64,000 nt of DNA from Polyangiales bacterium. GTDB lineage: Bacteria > Myxococcota_A > Polyangia > Polyangiales > Houyiibacteriaceae. The number at the start of each line of letters is the position of its first letter. The first letter of the stretch is position 1. A program made the position numbers and the translations under genes. The notes under the pieces are model-generated. The model made no database searches. It saw nothing but the letters and a program-made list of their open reading frames with translations, and had not been told where the DNA came from. The stretch lies in NCBI GenBank assembly GCA_045106895.1, contig JBGCFM010000074.1:1-64000 (forward strand). The letters are read 5' to 3'. Positions 18,317 to 27,646 of the stretch are shown here, one piece after another.

Positions 18317-19662
18317 CTCGAAACAACCTCAGACGCCGACAGTTCCTTCGGGGCGCAGGCGCGACACTCGCCCTGCCGACGCTCGTGAGTCTACTGCCGA
18401 AGCACGCGCGGGCTCAGGTCATGCCCAAGCGCTACCTGCAAATCTACCACCCGAACGGGACGACGCAGAGGCTGGGTGTGGCGACTCCTCCACCGGAGCT
18501 GATCTCTCGGCTGAGCGAGTTCCGTTCCAAGATGAGCGTTGTCTACAACATGGACAACAACCAGATTCGCTGGGGCATGCATCCCTACTCGAACCATCAC
18601 CACATGAACTGCCGCATCGTCTTGTACAGTGGCGACATCTTCGCGGGAACCGGCGGCGAGACCATCACCATCGATCAGGTCATCGCGAACCAGATCGGCA
18701 ACGAGACGCCACATCGGTCCATCGCGATCAACCTCTTTCCAAAGTTCGAGTCCCACGAAGGAGTGCCACCTTCGCACTTCACGAGTCTTGGCTGGCGAGG
18801 ACCGAGCCAACCCGTCGTTCCTTACGCAGAACCACGAAGACTCTTCAACACTCTGTTTCCAGACGGCGGCGCGCCGCCAACGGGCGGTCCTTCCCTTGCG
18901 CGCCGCCGACGTGGTCTCGTCCTCGACGCCCTGGTGGAAGAGATTGGAACAGCCAGACGCCGCGTCAGCGCCGACGACCGACTTCGGCTGGACGAATACC
19001 TGACCGGAATCGAAGAACTCGACCGGCGAACTGCACTTCTTGAAGAAGAGCCACGCCTACCGGCCTGTGATGCTTCCGAGCCCGTTGGAATGGATGCGAC
19101 GGAACGCAACTACCCCGAATACTTGGCCGTCATGCAGGAACTCTCTATTCGTGCGTTTCAGTGCGACGCTACGCGCGTCATCAACTTCTGCCATGCGTCC
19201 GTGGCCGGCGGGGGACGTGGTTTCAACCACTCCTTCCTCAACGGATTCGAGGGGTCCAGCGACAGCTGGCATGCACTTTCCCATTGGGCGACACCTTATG
19301 GAAATCTCTCGCAGGATTCGGAGCTCAACCTTCGCGACTTCACGCGAATCAACCAGTGGCACTACGACCGTGTCGCGGATTTTCTTCGCCGACTCGAAGA
19401 GACGCCTTCCGCGGAGGGCGGCAACCTTCTCGACGACACCCTCGTTGCCTGGGGCAGTTCCATGAGCCAGGGAACGGACCACAGTTCCCAAAACCTGTAC
19501 CAGGTTCTCATCGGCGGCGGCGACCGGTTTAGACATGGTTCCGACATCGACGTGTCTGGGGGACACACCGCAAATATGCACACCACCATGATGCGTGCTT
19601 TTGGCGCAGGCGGTTCTTTTGGTCAGGCGAACGGCGACATCGACTCTGAGCTATTGGCTTAA
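18313..19662 (+). CDS. DUF1552 (HXXSHH-type) Tat-exported protein
   Basis: Tat motif RRQFLRG; YHPNG, DRLRLDEYL, AFQCDATRV, HALSH, LLDDTLV; ATGA overlap with the upstream gene. Confidence 0.85.
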   Translation: MTRNNLRRRQFLRGAGATLALPTLVSLLPKHARAQVMPKRYLQIYHPNGTTQRLGVATPPPELISRLSEFRSKMSVVYNMDNNQIRWGMHPYSNHHHMNCRIVLYSGDIFAGTGGETITIDQVIANQIGNETPHRSIAINLFPKFESHEGVPPSHFTSLGWRGPSQPVVPYAEPRRLFNTLFPDGGAPPTGGPSLARRRRGLVLDALVEEIGTARRRVSADDRLRLDEYLTGIEELDRRTALLEEEPRLPACDASEPVGMDATERNYPEYLAVMQELSIRAFQCDATRVINFCHASVAGGGRGFNHSFLNGFEGSSDSWHALSHWATPYGNLSQDSELNLRDFTRINQWHYDRVADFLRRLEETPSAEGGNLLDDTLVAWGSSMSQGTDHSSQNLYQVLIGGGDRFRHGSDIDVSGGHTANMHTTMMRAFGAGGSFGQANGDIDSELLA

Positions 19663-19671
19663 GCGCCCCAA

Positions 19672-19709
19672 GAAAAACCCACGCGCCTTTCAGCCCGTGG
19701 GTCTTTTTG
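19672..19709. terminator. probable bidirectional intrinsic terminator
   Basis: aaaaacccacg...cgtgggtcttttt between convergent genes. Confidence 0.65.
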
Positions 19710-19754
19710 CGTGTCCGAAGCGCGTAACGTACGCCCTTCTCTTGATGCCGAACG

Positions 19755-19892
19755 CTACTTCTTGCCCTTGGCGGCGTCAGCACCCTTCGATTGAGACGCT
19801 TGTTTCTTCGCTGCCTTGTCCGTCGAAGATTTGTTCTTCGCGTCTTTCTGGCCAGCGTTCTTGGACTTGGATTTCGGTGATTTGTCGCCCAT
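19755..19892 (-). CDS. 45-aa lysine-rich small protein
   Basis: MGDKSPKSKSKNAGQKDAKNK...AAKGKK; AAGGAG RBS upstream of the ATG. Confidence 0.6.
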   Translation of the reverse strand: MGDKSPKSKSKNAGQKDAKNKSSTDKAAKKQASQSKGADAAKGKK

Positions 19893-20012
19893 TGTTTCGA
19901 TGCTCCTTCGGCGGCGAGGATGCCCCCGGCGGACGAGGATCTCACGGCTTGAGCAACAACACCATGCCGTCGCCGAATTCACCTCCGGGTCGGGGGTGAG
20001 TTCCCAAAGAGA

Positions 20013-20544
20013 CTAAGGAACGAGCTGCATGCATCGAAACCCGATGCGCGGGTGGGTGCTGGGGTGGTTCGCTCACATTAAAAGCATAGCGCCCGGCCCG
20101 GGCTCCCGACGTGCTGGACCCGCGATGTACATGCCGCGAAGTGGACTGGAGTTGGCGAAGAGGAAAATGCCATCGCCATGAAGTTGGGGAACATCGACGA
20201 GGAGTGCCGCTTGCCAAGCGGGAGCGTCATCGGGGGCCGGAAGTCCGACGACCGGCAGCCAGCGCGCGACATCGAAGGCAAAAATTATCGCCTCCGCCCC
20301 CAAACAGCTCTGCAAGGGGAATATCGTTGATGTGCGGATTCTCGGAAGACACCAACGCGCTCGTGACCCCGGTGCATGTTCCAGCGCGGCTCTCGCATTG
20401 ATCCGAGGTCCACTCCCAGACATTGCCTACAAGATCCTGAACGCCGTAGCGAGAAACGCATCGCGCAGACGCAATGCCTCCGCTCCGGAGAGTGCGAACG
20501 CCCGAAGAGTCCGACAACCCAGGTGAGACGCGAAATTCTGTCAT
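20013..20544 (-). pseudogene. frameshifted C-terminal fragment of an FGE-sulfatase (SUMF1/CLec-fold) gene
   Basis: CVSRYGVQDLVGNVWEW; the family terminal motif RIGFRC appears after correcting three indels (~20282, ~20120, ~20062). Confidence 0.75.
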
Positions 20545-20581
20545 TTATATCACCTGATATACGAACAAAAACCGCAAAATG

Positions 20582-21958
20582 TTAGTCCGTGGCGATATCA
20601 AAGATCAGACGAAACGATCGCGCGTTCGGATCTTCGGGGTGATCCTCGTCTTCGTCGGGCAATCGATGGGAGAGGTTGGTCACGGCCACGACGACGAACT
20701 CCGTGTCGGGCGAGAGTTCAACGGGAAGATAACTCCGACCATCCGCACGACGCGGCGGCGCTGAGAGGCGCCCCTGCTCGTTCCCCTCGCCATTGAGACG
20801 CGTCGCGCTGAGGGCCCATTCGACGCCATATTCCCCGCGCAACCAAACCCGCAGTCGCGCCTGTGGGGGAGCGCCACGGACATCCACGCGTGCGTAGGCG
20901 CTGCCATAAGGGTTGACCTCGATGCCGCCGGGCGAGTGAAAAGGGAGCGAGGAGATCTCCGCGACAATGGCGTCATCGATGCGCACATCCTCCGGGGCGG
21001 CAAGGCCGGAGAGAAGAGACGGGTCGTGTCCATGACCGATGAAATAGCGGTCCCACGCGGCTTTCTCCGCGACGGTGGACATCAACTCGCCGGCGGCGTC
21101 GAGGATGACTGAAAATGCCTGCCATAGGTCCGGTGAGCCGCGGAGGCCTTCGCCGTCCCAGGTTCGCTGCCGTGCAACCTCGAGCCAATCGCGAACGAAG
21201 GCGCCCTGCCCTGCACCATGGCGCTCGGAGAGAATCGCAAGGAGCACGCCCCCACCTGCGCCATCGTCGGCATCGAACCAAGCCCGCTCCGGAAACTCCT
21301 GAAGCTCCGACATGGCGGACGCGCAGCCAAAACGCCCGGTCCATCGCCACGTGAGCCAGGACGCAAAGGCATTGTGCCACCGAGGACCTTCCTCGGGAAG
21401 GAGCGAGAGCATCGACGCCCGCGCGTACGCTTCGACGGCGCAAGTGCGTATATCTTCGCCAGCGGTGACCGGATCGAGGGTCGCGAAGGCCGTGGCGCGG
21501 TCGAAGAACGACCACTCGCTCATTCCATCGGTCTGAGCGGAGCGAATGTCGGGTGTCGCCTGGAGGTAAAGGTCAAAGCCATCGGAACCGCCGCGGCCGC
21601 CATCGTTCAGGGGCTCGTAGAAGCCGCCGGCGCGGAGGTAACGCGCAAACGCCTCTAGCTCAGGCAGGAGATCCTGCGCCACGGCCGCAAACTCATCGCC
21701 GCCATGAACATTGATTTCCCCGTCCAACGAACAAGCCAGTGGAGCTTCCGGCGGCCGGCTCGCGCCCTCGGGCTTTTCAACGCGCGGCCCAAACCAGCCG
21801 CGCCGAGTCATGTCGGCGATCGCGTTTCCCATCTCCTCGGCACCGGGAAAAGTCCCCTGAGCCAGGGCTCTCGCCGGGATAAACTGGGCACCAAAGACAA
21901 CGCTCAGGACAACGACCAGGCCTGAGACGGGGAGTAGACGCACGCCTTGGCTTAGCAT
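20582..21958 (-). CDS. secreted protein resembling MXAN_6640-type metallopeptidases but without HExxH
   Basis: signal peptide ending ALAQ; PLNDGGRGGSDGFDLYL; no HExxH found. Confidence 0.45.
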   Translation of the reverse strand: MLSQGVRLLPVSGLVVVLSVVFGAQFIPARALAQGTFPGAEEMGNAIADMTRRGWFGPRVEKPEGASRPPEAPLACSLDGEINVHGGDEFAAVAQDLLPELEAFARYLRAGGFYEPLNDGGRGGSDGFDLYLQATPDIRSAQTDGMSEWSFFDRATAFATLDPVTAGEDIRTCAVEAYARASMLSLLPEEGPRWHNAFASWLTWRWTGRFGCASAMSELQEFPERAWFDADDGAGGGVLLAILSERHGAGQGAFVRDWLEVARQRTWDGEGLRGSPDLWQAFSVILDAAGELMSTVAEKAAWDRYFIGHGHDPSLLSGLAAPEDVRIDDAIVAEISSLPFHSPGGIEVNPYGSAYARVDVRGAPPQARLRVWLRGEYGVEWALSATRLNGEGNEQGRLSAPPRRADGRSYLPVELSPDTEFVVVAVTNLSHRLPDEDEDHPEDPNARSFRLIFDIATD

Positions 21959-22077
21959 TTTCGCTGAAACGCGGGAATACCTGCCGTGAAGCCCTGCATC
22001 AAAATGCAGGGGATTTGACACTTTTAGGCGAGAAGCCTCTACTATGGGGCGCATGTTGTGCAGGACACGGAGTTAGC

Positions 22078-22620
22078 GTGGAAAGTTCCCAGTTTGACCC
22101 AAGTGGGTTCTACGAATTCGATGCAGCGAGCGGAGCCATCAAGGCCCGCGGCGGACAGCGCGTGCTGGTGCTCTCCGATGCGCTGCTCGCGCCCTTGGTG
22201 GCTGCGGCGGCCTCGAGTGGAGATCTGACCCCCCTCCGCACCCTCGGTAACGGTCTCGGCGAGCACGCGAAAGAGTCCTTGGGCGGAGATGCCGCGGGCG
22301 GAACGCCGGAGGCTGTCTTCAGCGCCGCAAGCGCTGTGATGAGCGTCTTCGGTTGGGGACGCCTCGAAGTGGAGCGCTGGGGAGACGCCCTTGCCCTTCG
22401 CGTCGAGAGCCTTCCGGCCCTCGACGAACGACGATTGGCGGCGGCTGCGCTTCTTGGAGGACTCCTCTCAAGCTTGTCCGGCGAAGAAGCGGCGTGCGTT
22501 CCCGTCGGCGAACAGTTCCTTGTCGTGCATCCAGAGGCAGCGGACTCGGTGTGGAAGCTCGCGCGGTCCGGTGGAAGCGTGGCGTCGATCGCAGCGTCAC
22601 TGCAAGGAGGCTCACGATGA
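22078..22620 (+). CDS. V4R-like domain protein
   Basis: G.I...GQRVLVLS, FGWGRLEVERWG, LLGGLLS pattern; GTG start is an estimate. Confidence 0.55.
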   Translation: MESSQFDPSGFYEFDAASGAIKARGGQRVLVLSDALLAPLVAAAASSGDLTPLRTLGNGLGEHAKESLGGDAAGGTPEAVFSAASAVMSVFGWGRLEVERWGDALALRVESLPALDERRLAAAALLGGLLSSLSGEEAACVPVGEQFLVVHPEAADSVWKLARSGGSVASIAASLQGGSR

Positions 22621-23150
22621 GCAAAGAACGACTCGAGTCACTTCTGCGTCAGGTTCAGGAGCGCCGCGACGAGCCTCGTGTTCGGAGAGCTCCTGCGGCC
22701 CAAGCCCCCGCGGCTGCCGCCGCTGCGGCGCCCGCGCCCGCGCCTCCCCAGCGCGCATCCCGGCAACGATCGGCCACGCCGCTCGAACAAGCGGTCAGCC
22801 GCGCCTCAGGCTTCGCACCCACGGCGACGAGCCCAACACTTCCGCGAAAGAAGTCGGAACCATCGTTCGACTCACCGGCGGCGCAGTACGCACGGCAGAA
22901 CGCCAAGGCCAAGTCCGTAGCGCCCGCGCCAAAACCAAAGTCCATCACGCCGGCGCCGAAGAAGCCGTCCTTCTCTGCGCTGAAGCCCGCCTCGGTGAAG
23001 CCCGCTCCGATCGCGGCGCCCAAAGCCGAGCCCATCGCTGTCGCCGCCGCCGTGGTGCCAAGCGCTCCTATTACGGAGACCCGCGGCGAGAAGCCAGCGG
23101 CCAAGACCTTCGGTGCGCTCATTCTGAGAGCGCTTGAACTGCGACCCTAA
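22617..23150 (+). CDS. Pro/Ala/Lys-rich disordered protein with helical termini
   Basis: ATGA overlap and GGAGG RBS; MSKERLESLLRQV...KTFGALILRALELRP. Confidence 0.65.
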   Translation: MSKERLESLLRQVQERRDEPRVRRAPAAQAPAAAAAAAPAPAPPQRASRQRSATPLEQAVSRASGFAPTATSPTLPRKKSEPSFDSPAAQYARQNAKAKSVAPAPKPKSITPAPKKPSFSALKPASVKPAPIAAPKAEPIAVAAAVVPSAPITETRGEKPAAKTFGALILRALELRP

Positions 23151-23173
23151 GACTAAGACCGTTCTACGTCCCT

Positions 23174-23218
23174 AAACAAAAAGCCTCACCTGAAGACTCA
23201 GGTGGGGCTTTTGTTTTG
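23174..23218. terminator. bidirectional intrinsic terminator
   Basis: aaacaaaaagcctcacctga-agac-tcaggtggggctttttgtttt. Confidence 0.85.
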
Positions 23219-23293
23219 GTCAGCCGCTTAGGGCTCGTCTAGGAATACGAAGGAGGGAAGGTGAACGCGGCCAAAGCCGCGTTCATCCAGCCA

Positions 23294-26200
23294 TCAGCGA
23301 CGTCGCCGGCGCAGCGTAACGGCAACGCCCATCGTCATCACCAAGAGCCACGGCAGCTCATTTCCGCCGCTCGTGTTGCTGATGCTGCAAGGAGCACCAC
23401 CGGCCAGCCCGCCCGACATGGAGATCGGCTCACAAACACCGGTCTCACCACACATGAAGCCGTCGTCGCATGCATCATCGTTCATGCATTCCACGGTGCT
23501 CACACAGTCCGAAGGCATGCCCGAGCATTCGAAGCCGACCTCGATGGTGCACCCAGGGCTACAGCCGTCACCGGCTGTCATGTTGCCGTCGTCGCACCCC
23601 TCAGTGCCCATAACGACGCCATCTCCGCAGCTTTGTGTGCAAACGGATGGGGAGTCGTCGGTACACATCCAGCCGCTCTCCAGCATGCAGGTCACGGAGC
23701 AGCCGTCGCCATCGGTGAGGTTGCCATCATCGCAAGCTTCGCCGGCCTGAACTTCGCCGTTGCCGCAGACAGCGGCGCAGGTCGAAGGGTCGTCGGTGCA
23801 TGTGAAGCCTGGTTCGATCATGCAACCCGCGGTGCAACCGTCGCCGTTGATGAGGTTGCCGTCGTCGCACGCTTCCATTCCGACGATCGCGCCGTCTCCG
23901 CACACCGCGAAGCAAGCAGACATCGGCATATTGTCTAGGCACTCGAAGCCATCTTCGCCTTGGCAAGTGGAGTCGCAGCCGTCGCCGTTGAAGCGGTTGG
24001 CATCGTCGCACTGCTCTGCAGGCATGATGGTGAGCCCATCGCCGCAAACGGTTGTGCACACGGAGGCCATGCCCTCACCCGAGCCGTAGCTACATGCGTA
24101 GCCGGACTCCTGCATGCAGAGCTCGGAGCAGCCGTCGCCGGACTCGGTATTTCCATCGTCGCAAGTTTCAACACCTGGGACCTGGAAGCTGTCGCCACAA
24201 ACCGCGGCGCAAGAGGAGAGCGCGCCGTCGCAGATATAGCCTTCCTCGATGGCGCAGGTGTCGGAGCAGCCGTCGTTCGCCACAAGGTTGCCGTCGTCGC
24301 ATTGCTCGCCGCCCACGATGGTGCCGTCACCACACGTTGGGCCACAGGTGCTCGGTGCGCCGTCGCAGGCGAACCCTGACTCGATTTCGCAAGTGTCGTC
24401 GCAGCCGTCGCCGGGGAACTGCCCGCCGTCGTCGCATTCCTCGCCCGCGTCGAGCATTCCGTTGCCGCAGAGGTCGACACAAACAGAGGCCTCGCCGGTG
24501 CAAGCCCAGCCGGTCTCTTCCATGCACATGGCGTCGCAGCCGTCAGCCGACTCAAGGTTGGAGTCGTCGCACTGCTCGGCGCCGCGGACAAGTCCATCAC
24601 CACACGTTGGGTCACAGGTCGACGGGTCTTCCGTGCCGGTGCCCGCGGAACACATCCAGCCGGCTTCGAGAACACAGAAGGCATCACAGCCATCGCGGGG
24701 TGTGAGGTTGCCGTCGTCGCAGGTCTCGGCTCCTGTCTGGAGACCGTCGCCACACTCCGGCAGACAGAACGAAGGCACGCTCGTGCAGCCGAAGCCAGGC
24801 TCGATCTCGCATGTCGCGCTGCAGCCGTCGCCATCTTCGGCGTTTGTGTCGTCGCAGGTTTCCGCGCCGCTCAACAGACCGTCACCACAAACCGTCGCGC
24901 ACGTGGACGGCTCACCGCCACACATATATCCGGGCTCGGTGACACACACGTTGTCACAGCCGTCGCCGGCGTCCGTGTTTCCGTCGTCGCAAAGCTCGCC
25001 CACGTCGAGCATTCCGTTGCCGCAGTTGAGGGCGCAGGTCGAAGGAATCTCGTCGCAGGTGTACCCGGTCTCGGTTTGGCAAACGTCATTGCAGCCATCA
25101 CCGCTCATCATGTTGCCATCGTCGCAGTCTTCGCCGCCGGTGATGAGACCGTCTCCGCAGAGCGGGTCGCAAACCGAAGGCCGCCCGGTGCACCCGTAGC
25201 CGGATTCGACGACGCACATGTCCGTGCAGCCATCGCCGCTCGCGAGGTTCCCGTCGTCACATGCTTCTTGGCCTGGGACAGCGTAGCCGTCACCACACAC
25301 CGCGGCGCAGGCGCTCGGCTCATCCATGCAGTTCCACCCGAACTCTGGGTTGCAGCTAGCGCTGCATCCATCGAGAGGAAGTCGGTTGCCGTCATCGCAC
25401 ATTTCGTCGCCGGCGATGACTCCATCTCCGCAGTCCGTCGAACAGAGGGACGGCGTGATGGCGCTAGTGCCCATGGTGCAGACGAAGCCGCGCTCTGGAG
25501 TGCAGCTGTCGTCGCAGCCGTCCCCGGTGGCGGTGTTGCCGTCGTCGCACATCTCGTTGATGGTCTGGATGCCGTCGCCGCAGACTTCGTCACAGACGGC
25601 CGGCATTCCGTTGCAGACGTAGCCCGGCTCGATGGTGCACATCGCGCTGCAGCCATCGTTGTCCATCGTGCCACCGTCGTCGCACGCTTCGGAACCCGCG
25701 AGGGTGCCGTCTCCGCACACAGCCTCACAGACCGAAGGCATGCCGGTGCACATGAAACCACCTTCGGGCTGGCAGATCGCGCTACAGCCATCGCCGGAGA
25801 TCGTGTTTCCGTCGTCGCACATCTCCGCGCCCACTTGCATGCCGTCGCCGCAAGTTGGCTCACACATGGCGGCGGCGTCACAGAACCCGCCGGTGCACGC
25901 CACGCCAGGAGCTTCGACGGGGTTCGAGCAGATGCCAGCGGCGCAGACGTCCTGGGTGCACTCGTTGCCGTCGGCGCAATCGCTCGCGCCCAGACAAGCC
26001 ACACACATGCTTGAGGCCGTGTCGCACAAAGGCGTTGAACCGGAGCACTGCGCGTCTGCGACACACTCAACACACATTGGCGGCGCCGATCCGTCGCAGA
26101 CGCCGCCCGCGCAGGCCGTACCCACGGCGTCGGCGGTGTTCACGCACGCGTTCGCGGCGCAGGTGTCTTCGGTGCACTCGTTGCTGTCGTCGCAGTCCGA

Positions 26201-27451
26201 TGCGCCGAGACATTCGACGCACGTATTCGTCGCCACATCACACAACGGGCTCGCGCCGCTGCAGTGCGTATTCGAGAGGCACTCGACGGTTGTAACCGTG
26301 ACGGTTCCTTCGTCGCAGAGCGGAATCGTCGGATGGTCGTCGCACATTCGGTAGGTCAAGACTTGAACGCCGACCACATCGGGAGCCGGCGGCGTCACAT
26401 CAATGGAGCCCGCGGGTGCGCCGCCGCTTGGGGCTGCAGCAGAACCCATGGCGGGTGGCGCGACGATGGTGATGCTGTCCGCGTCGAAGCCGTTTCCGTT
26501 GGGATCCGAGAAGCCACTGGTGACAACGACGTTTGCGTCGCCGGTTCCGCGCGCTCGGGTCTGTTCGTGGTTGGCGACGGTTGGCGCCTGGTTGCATGTG
26601 CTCAGACCGAAGGGACCGGTAAGCTCATACTGCGCGCCGGGCTGCGAGAAGCCGTAGAAGCCAAGCTCGCCCTCTGGAAATGTTCCGACATAGCCAGCCT
26701 GTTCCGGCGTAACGAGGAACTCCGTGACGAGTGGTGTGGCCGGATCTGTGAGCGGAGCGATGCGAACCGTCAGCAACGTCGGCGTGTATGAAATGACAAC
26801 CGTGTAGTCGGTGTTGTCGGCCCAGCCAGTTGTTCCAAGTGTGGCGGCGCGGGCGACTTCCGTCACTGGGCCGGTGTGGCCCCAAAAGTTGGTGGCGGTG
26901 GGGATACCCTGCACGCGCGAGAGCGCCATACCTGCAAGCCCTAGTGCGCTAAAGGCTGTTTGATCGGCTTGTTTCCAATCGAGGAGCAGGTAGTCCGCCA
27001 TCGCGTCCGTCTCGTCTCCAGCCTCGAACCCCAAGACGAAACCAACAAAGTCATCGTCGGATGCGGTCGCTACGCGAAAACGAAAGGAGTACGTCGAGGC
27101 GAAGCCTTCTGCGAGGATCAAGCCCACGGTGCCGCTGCCCGTGTTTGCGCTCTGCTGTCCCTGACGCCCACCGTTGCTCACGACCCAATTCGCGTTCGCG
27201 CCGGCGTAGTTCCTTTCGCCGACGCCCGTGAAACTCACCGGCCGGTCACAGCTCCAACCGCTCTCGATGGCGCACGAGGTATCGCAACCGTCGCCGTCTA
27301 TCGCGTTGTCGTCGTCGCACCCTTCGGTGGTGTCGACGACGCCATCGGGCGCTCCTCCGACACACTGAGCCGACGCATTCGCCGCTCCAAAGACGCTCGT
27401 GAACGCGACAAGCGCGGCGAGACTGAATAAGCGAGGAAGAGAGGACGTCAT
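23294..27451 (-). CDS. large cell-surface protein with myxobacterial Cys-rich (DUF4215/myxo_disulf) repeats, thrombospondin-C-like lectin domain and MYXO-CTERM-like anchor
   Basis: signal peptide; DDDFVGFVLGF; 17 CG[DN][GS]...CDD.N....DGC units; C-terminus GGAPCSIS...hydrophobic-RRRRR. Confidence 0.85.
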   Translation of the reverse strand: MTSSLPRLFSLAALVAFTSVFGAANASAQCVGGAPDGVVDTTEGCDDDNAIDGDGCDTSCAIESGWSCDRPVSFTGVGERNYAGANANWVVSNGGRQGQQSANTGSGTVGLILAEGFASTYSFRFRVATASDDDFVGFVLGFEAGDETDAMADYLLLDWKQADQTAFSALGLAGMALSRVQGIPTATNFWGHTGPVTEVARAATLGTTGWADNTDYTVVISYTPTLLTVRIAPLTDPATPLVTEFLVTPEQAGYVGTFPEGELGFYGFSQPGAQYELTGPFGLSTCNQAPTVANHEQTRARGTGDANVVVTSGFSDPNGNGFDADSITIVAPPAMGSAAAPSGGAPAGSIDVTPPAPDVVGVQVLTYRMCDDHPTIPLCDEGTVTVTTVECLSNTHCSGASPLCDVATNTCVECLGASDCDDSNECTEDTCAANACVNTADAVGTACAGGVCDGSAPPMCVECVADAQCSGSTPLCDTASSMCVACLGASDCADGNECTQDVCAAGICSNPVEAPGVACTGGFCDAAAMCEPTCGDGMQVGAEMCDDGNTISGDGCSAICQPEGGFMCTGMPSVCEAVCGDGTLAGSEACDDGGTMDNDGCSAMCTIEPGYVCNGMPAVCDEVCGDGIQTINEMCDDGNTATGDGCDDSCTPERGFVCTMGTSAITPSLCSTDCGDGVIAGDEMCDDGNRLPLDGCSASCNPEFGWNCMDEPSACAAVCGDGYAVPGQEACDDGNLASGDGCTDMCVVESGYGCTGRPSVCDPLCGDGLITGGEDCDDGNMMSGDGCNDVCQTETGYTCDEIPSTCALNCGNGMLDVGELCDDGNTDAGDGCDNVCVTEPGYMCGGEPSTCATVCGDGLLSGAETCDDTNAEDGDGCSATCEIEPGFGCTSVPSFCLPECGDGLQTGAETCDDGNLTPRDGCDAFCVLEAGWMCSAGTGTEDPSTCDPTCGDGLVRGAEQCDDSNLESADGCDAMCMEETGWACTGEASVCVDLCGNGMLDAGEECDDGGQFPGDGCDDTCEIESGFACDGAPSTCGPTCGDGTIVGGEQCDDGNLVANDGCSDTCAIEEGYICDGALSSCAAVCGDSFQVPGVETCDDGNTESGDGCSELCMQESGYACSYGSGEGMASVCTTVCGDGLTIMPAEQCDDANRFNGDGCDSTCQGEDGFECLDNMPMSACFAVCGDGAIVGMEACDDGNLINGDGCTAGCMIEPGFTCTDDPSTCAAVCGNGEVQAGEACDDGNLTDGDGCSVTCMLESGWMCTDDSPSVCTQSCGDGVVMGTEGCDDGNMTAGDGCSPGCTIEVGFECSGMPSDCVSTVECMNDDACDDGFMCGETGVCEPISMSGGLAGGAPCSISNTSGGNELPWLLVMTMGVAVTLRRRRR
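23500..25855 (-). repeat. 17 tandem intragenic Cys-rich repeats (~45-50 aa each)
   Basis: counted from the translation. Confidence 0.85.
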
Positions 27452-27646
27452 TTGTGACTCACAAGGGGTTGCAGAAGGTTGCTGAAGACCGCGAAATCGG
27501 CCTTCTAAAGTTGAAGGCGGAGCCGCCGTAGGCTGCACAGGGCATGCCATGCAAAACGTCCTTGATGTAGGATCCCACAGGCAGGGGATATGTAGAGAAG
27601 AGCCTACGGTCGTCGGCTCTTGCCCACGGTCTTGAGCCGAAGGGAG

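Noticed and set aside
20013..20544. Active diversity-generating retroelement
   Set aside because: No reverse transcriptase and no template/variable repeat pair is visible in the window.
23500..25855. Regularly spaced gccgtcgtcgca-like motifs that resemble a CRISPR array
   Set aside because: They are degenerate, in-frame codons of CDDG protein repeats, and no cas genes are present.
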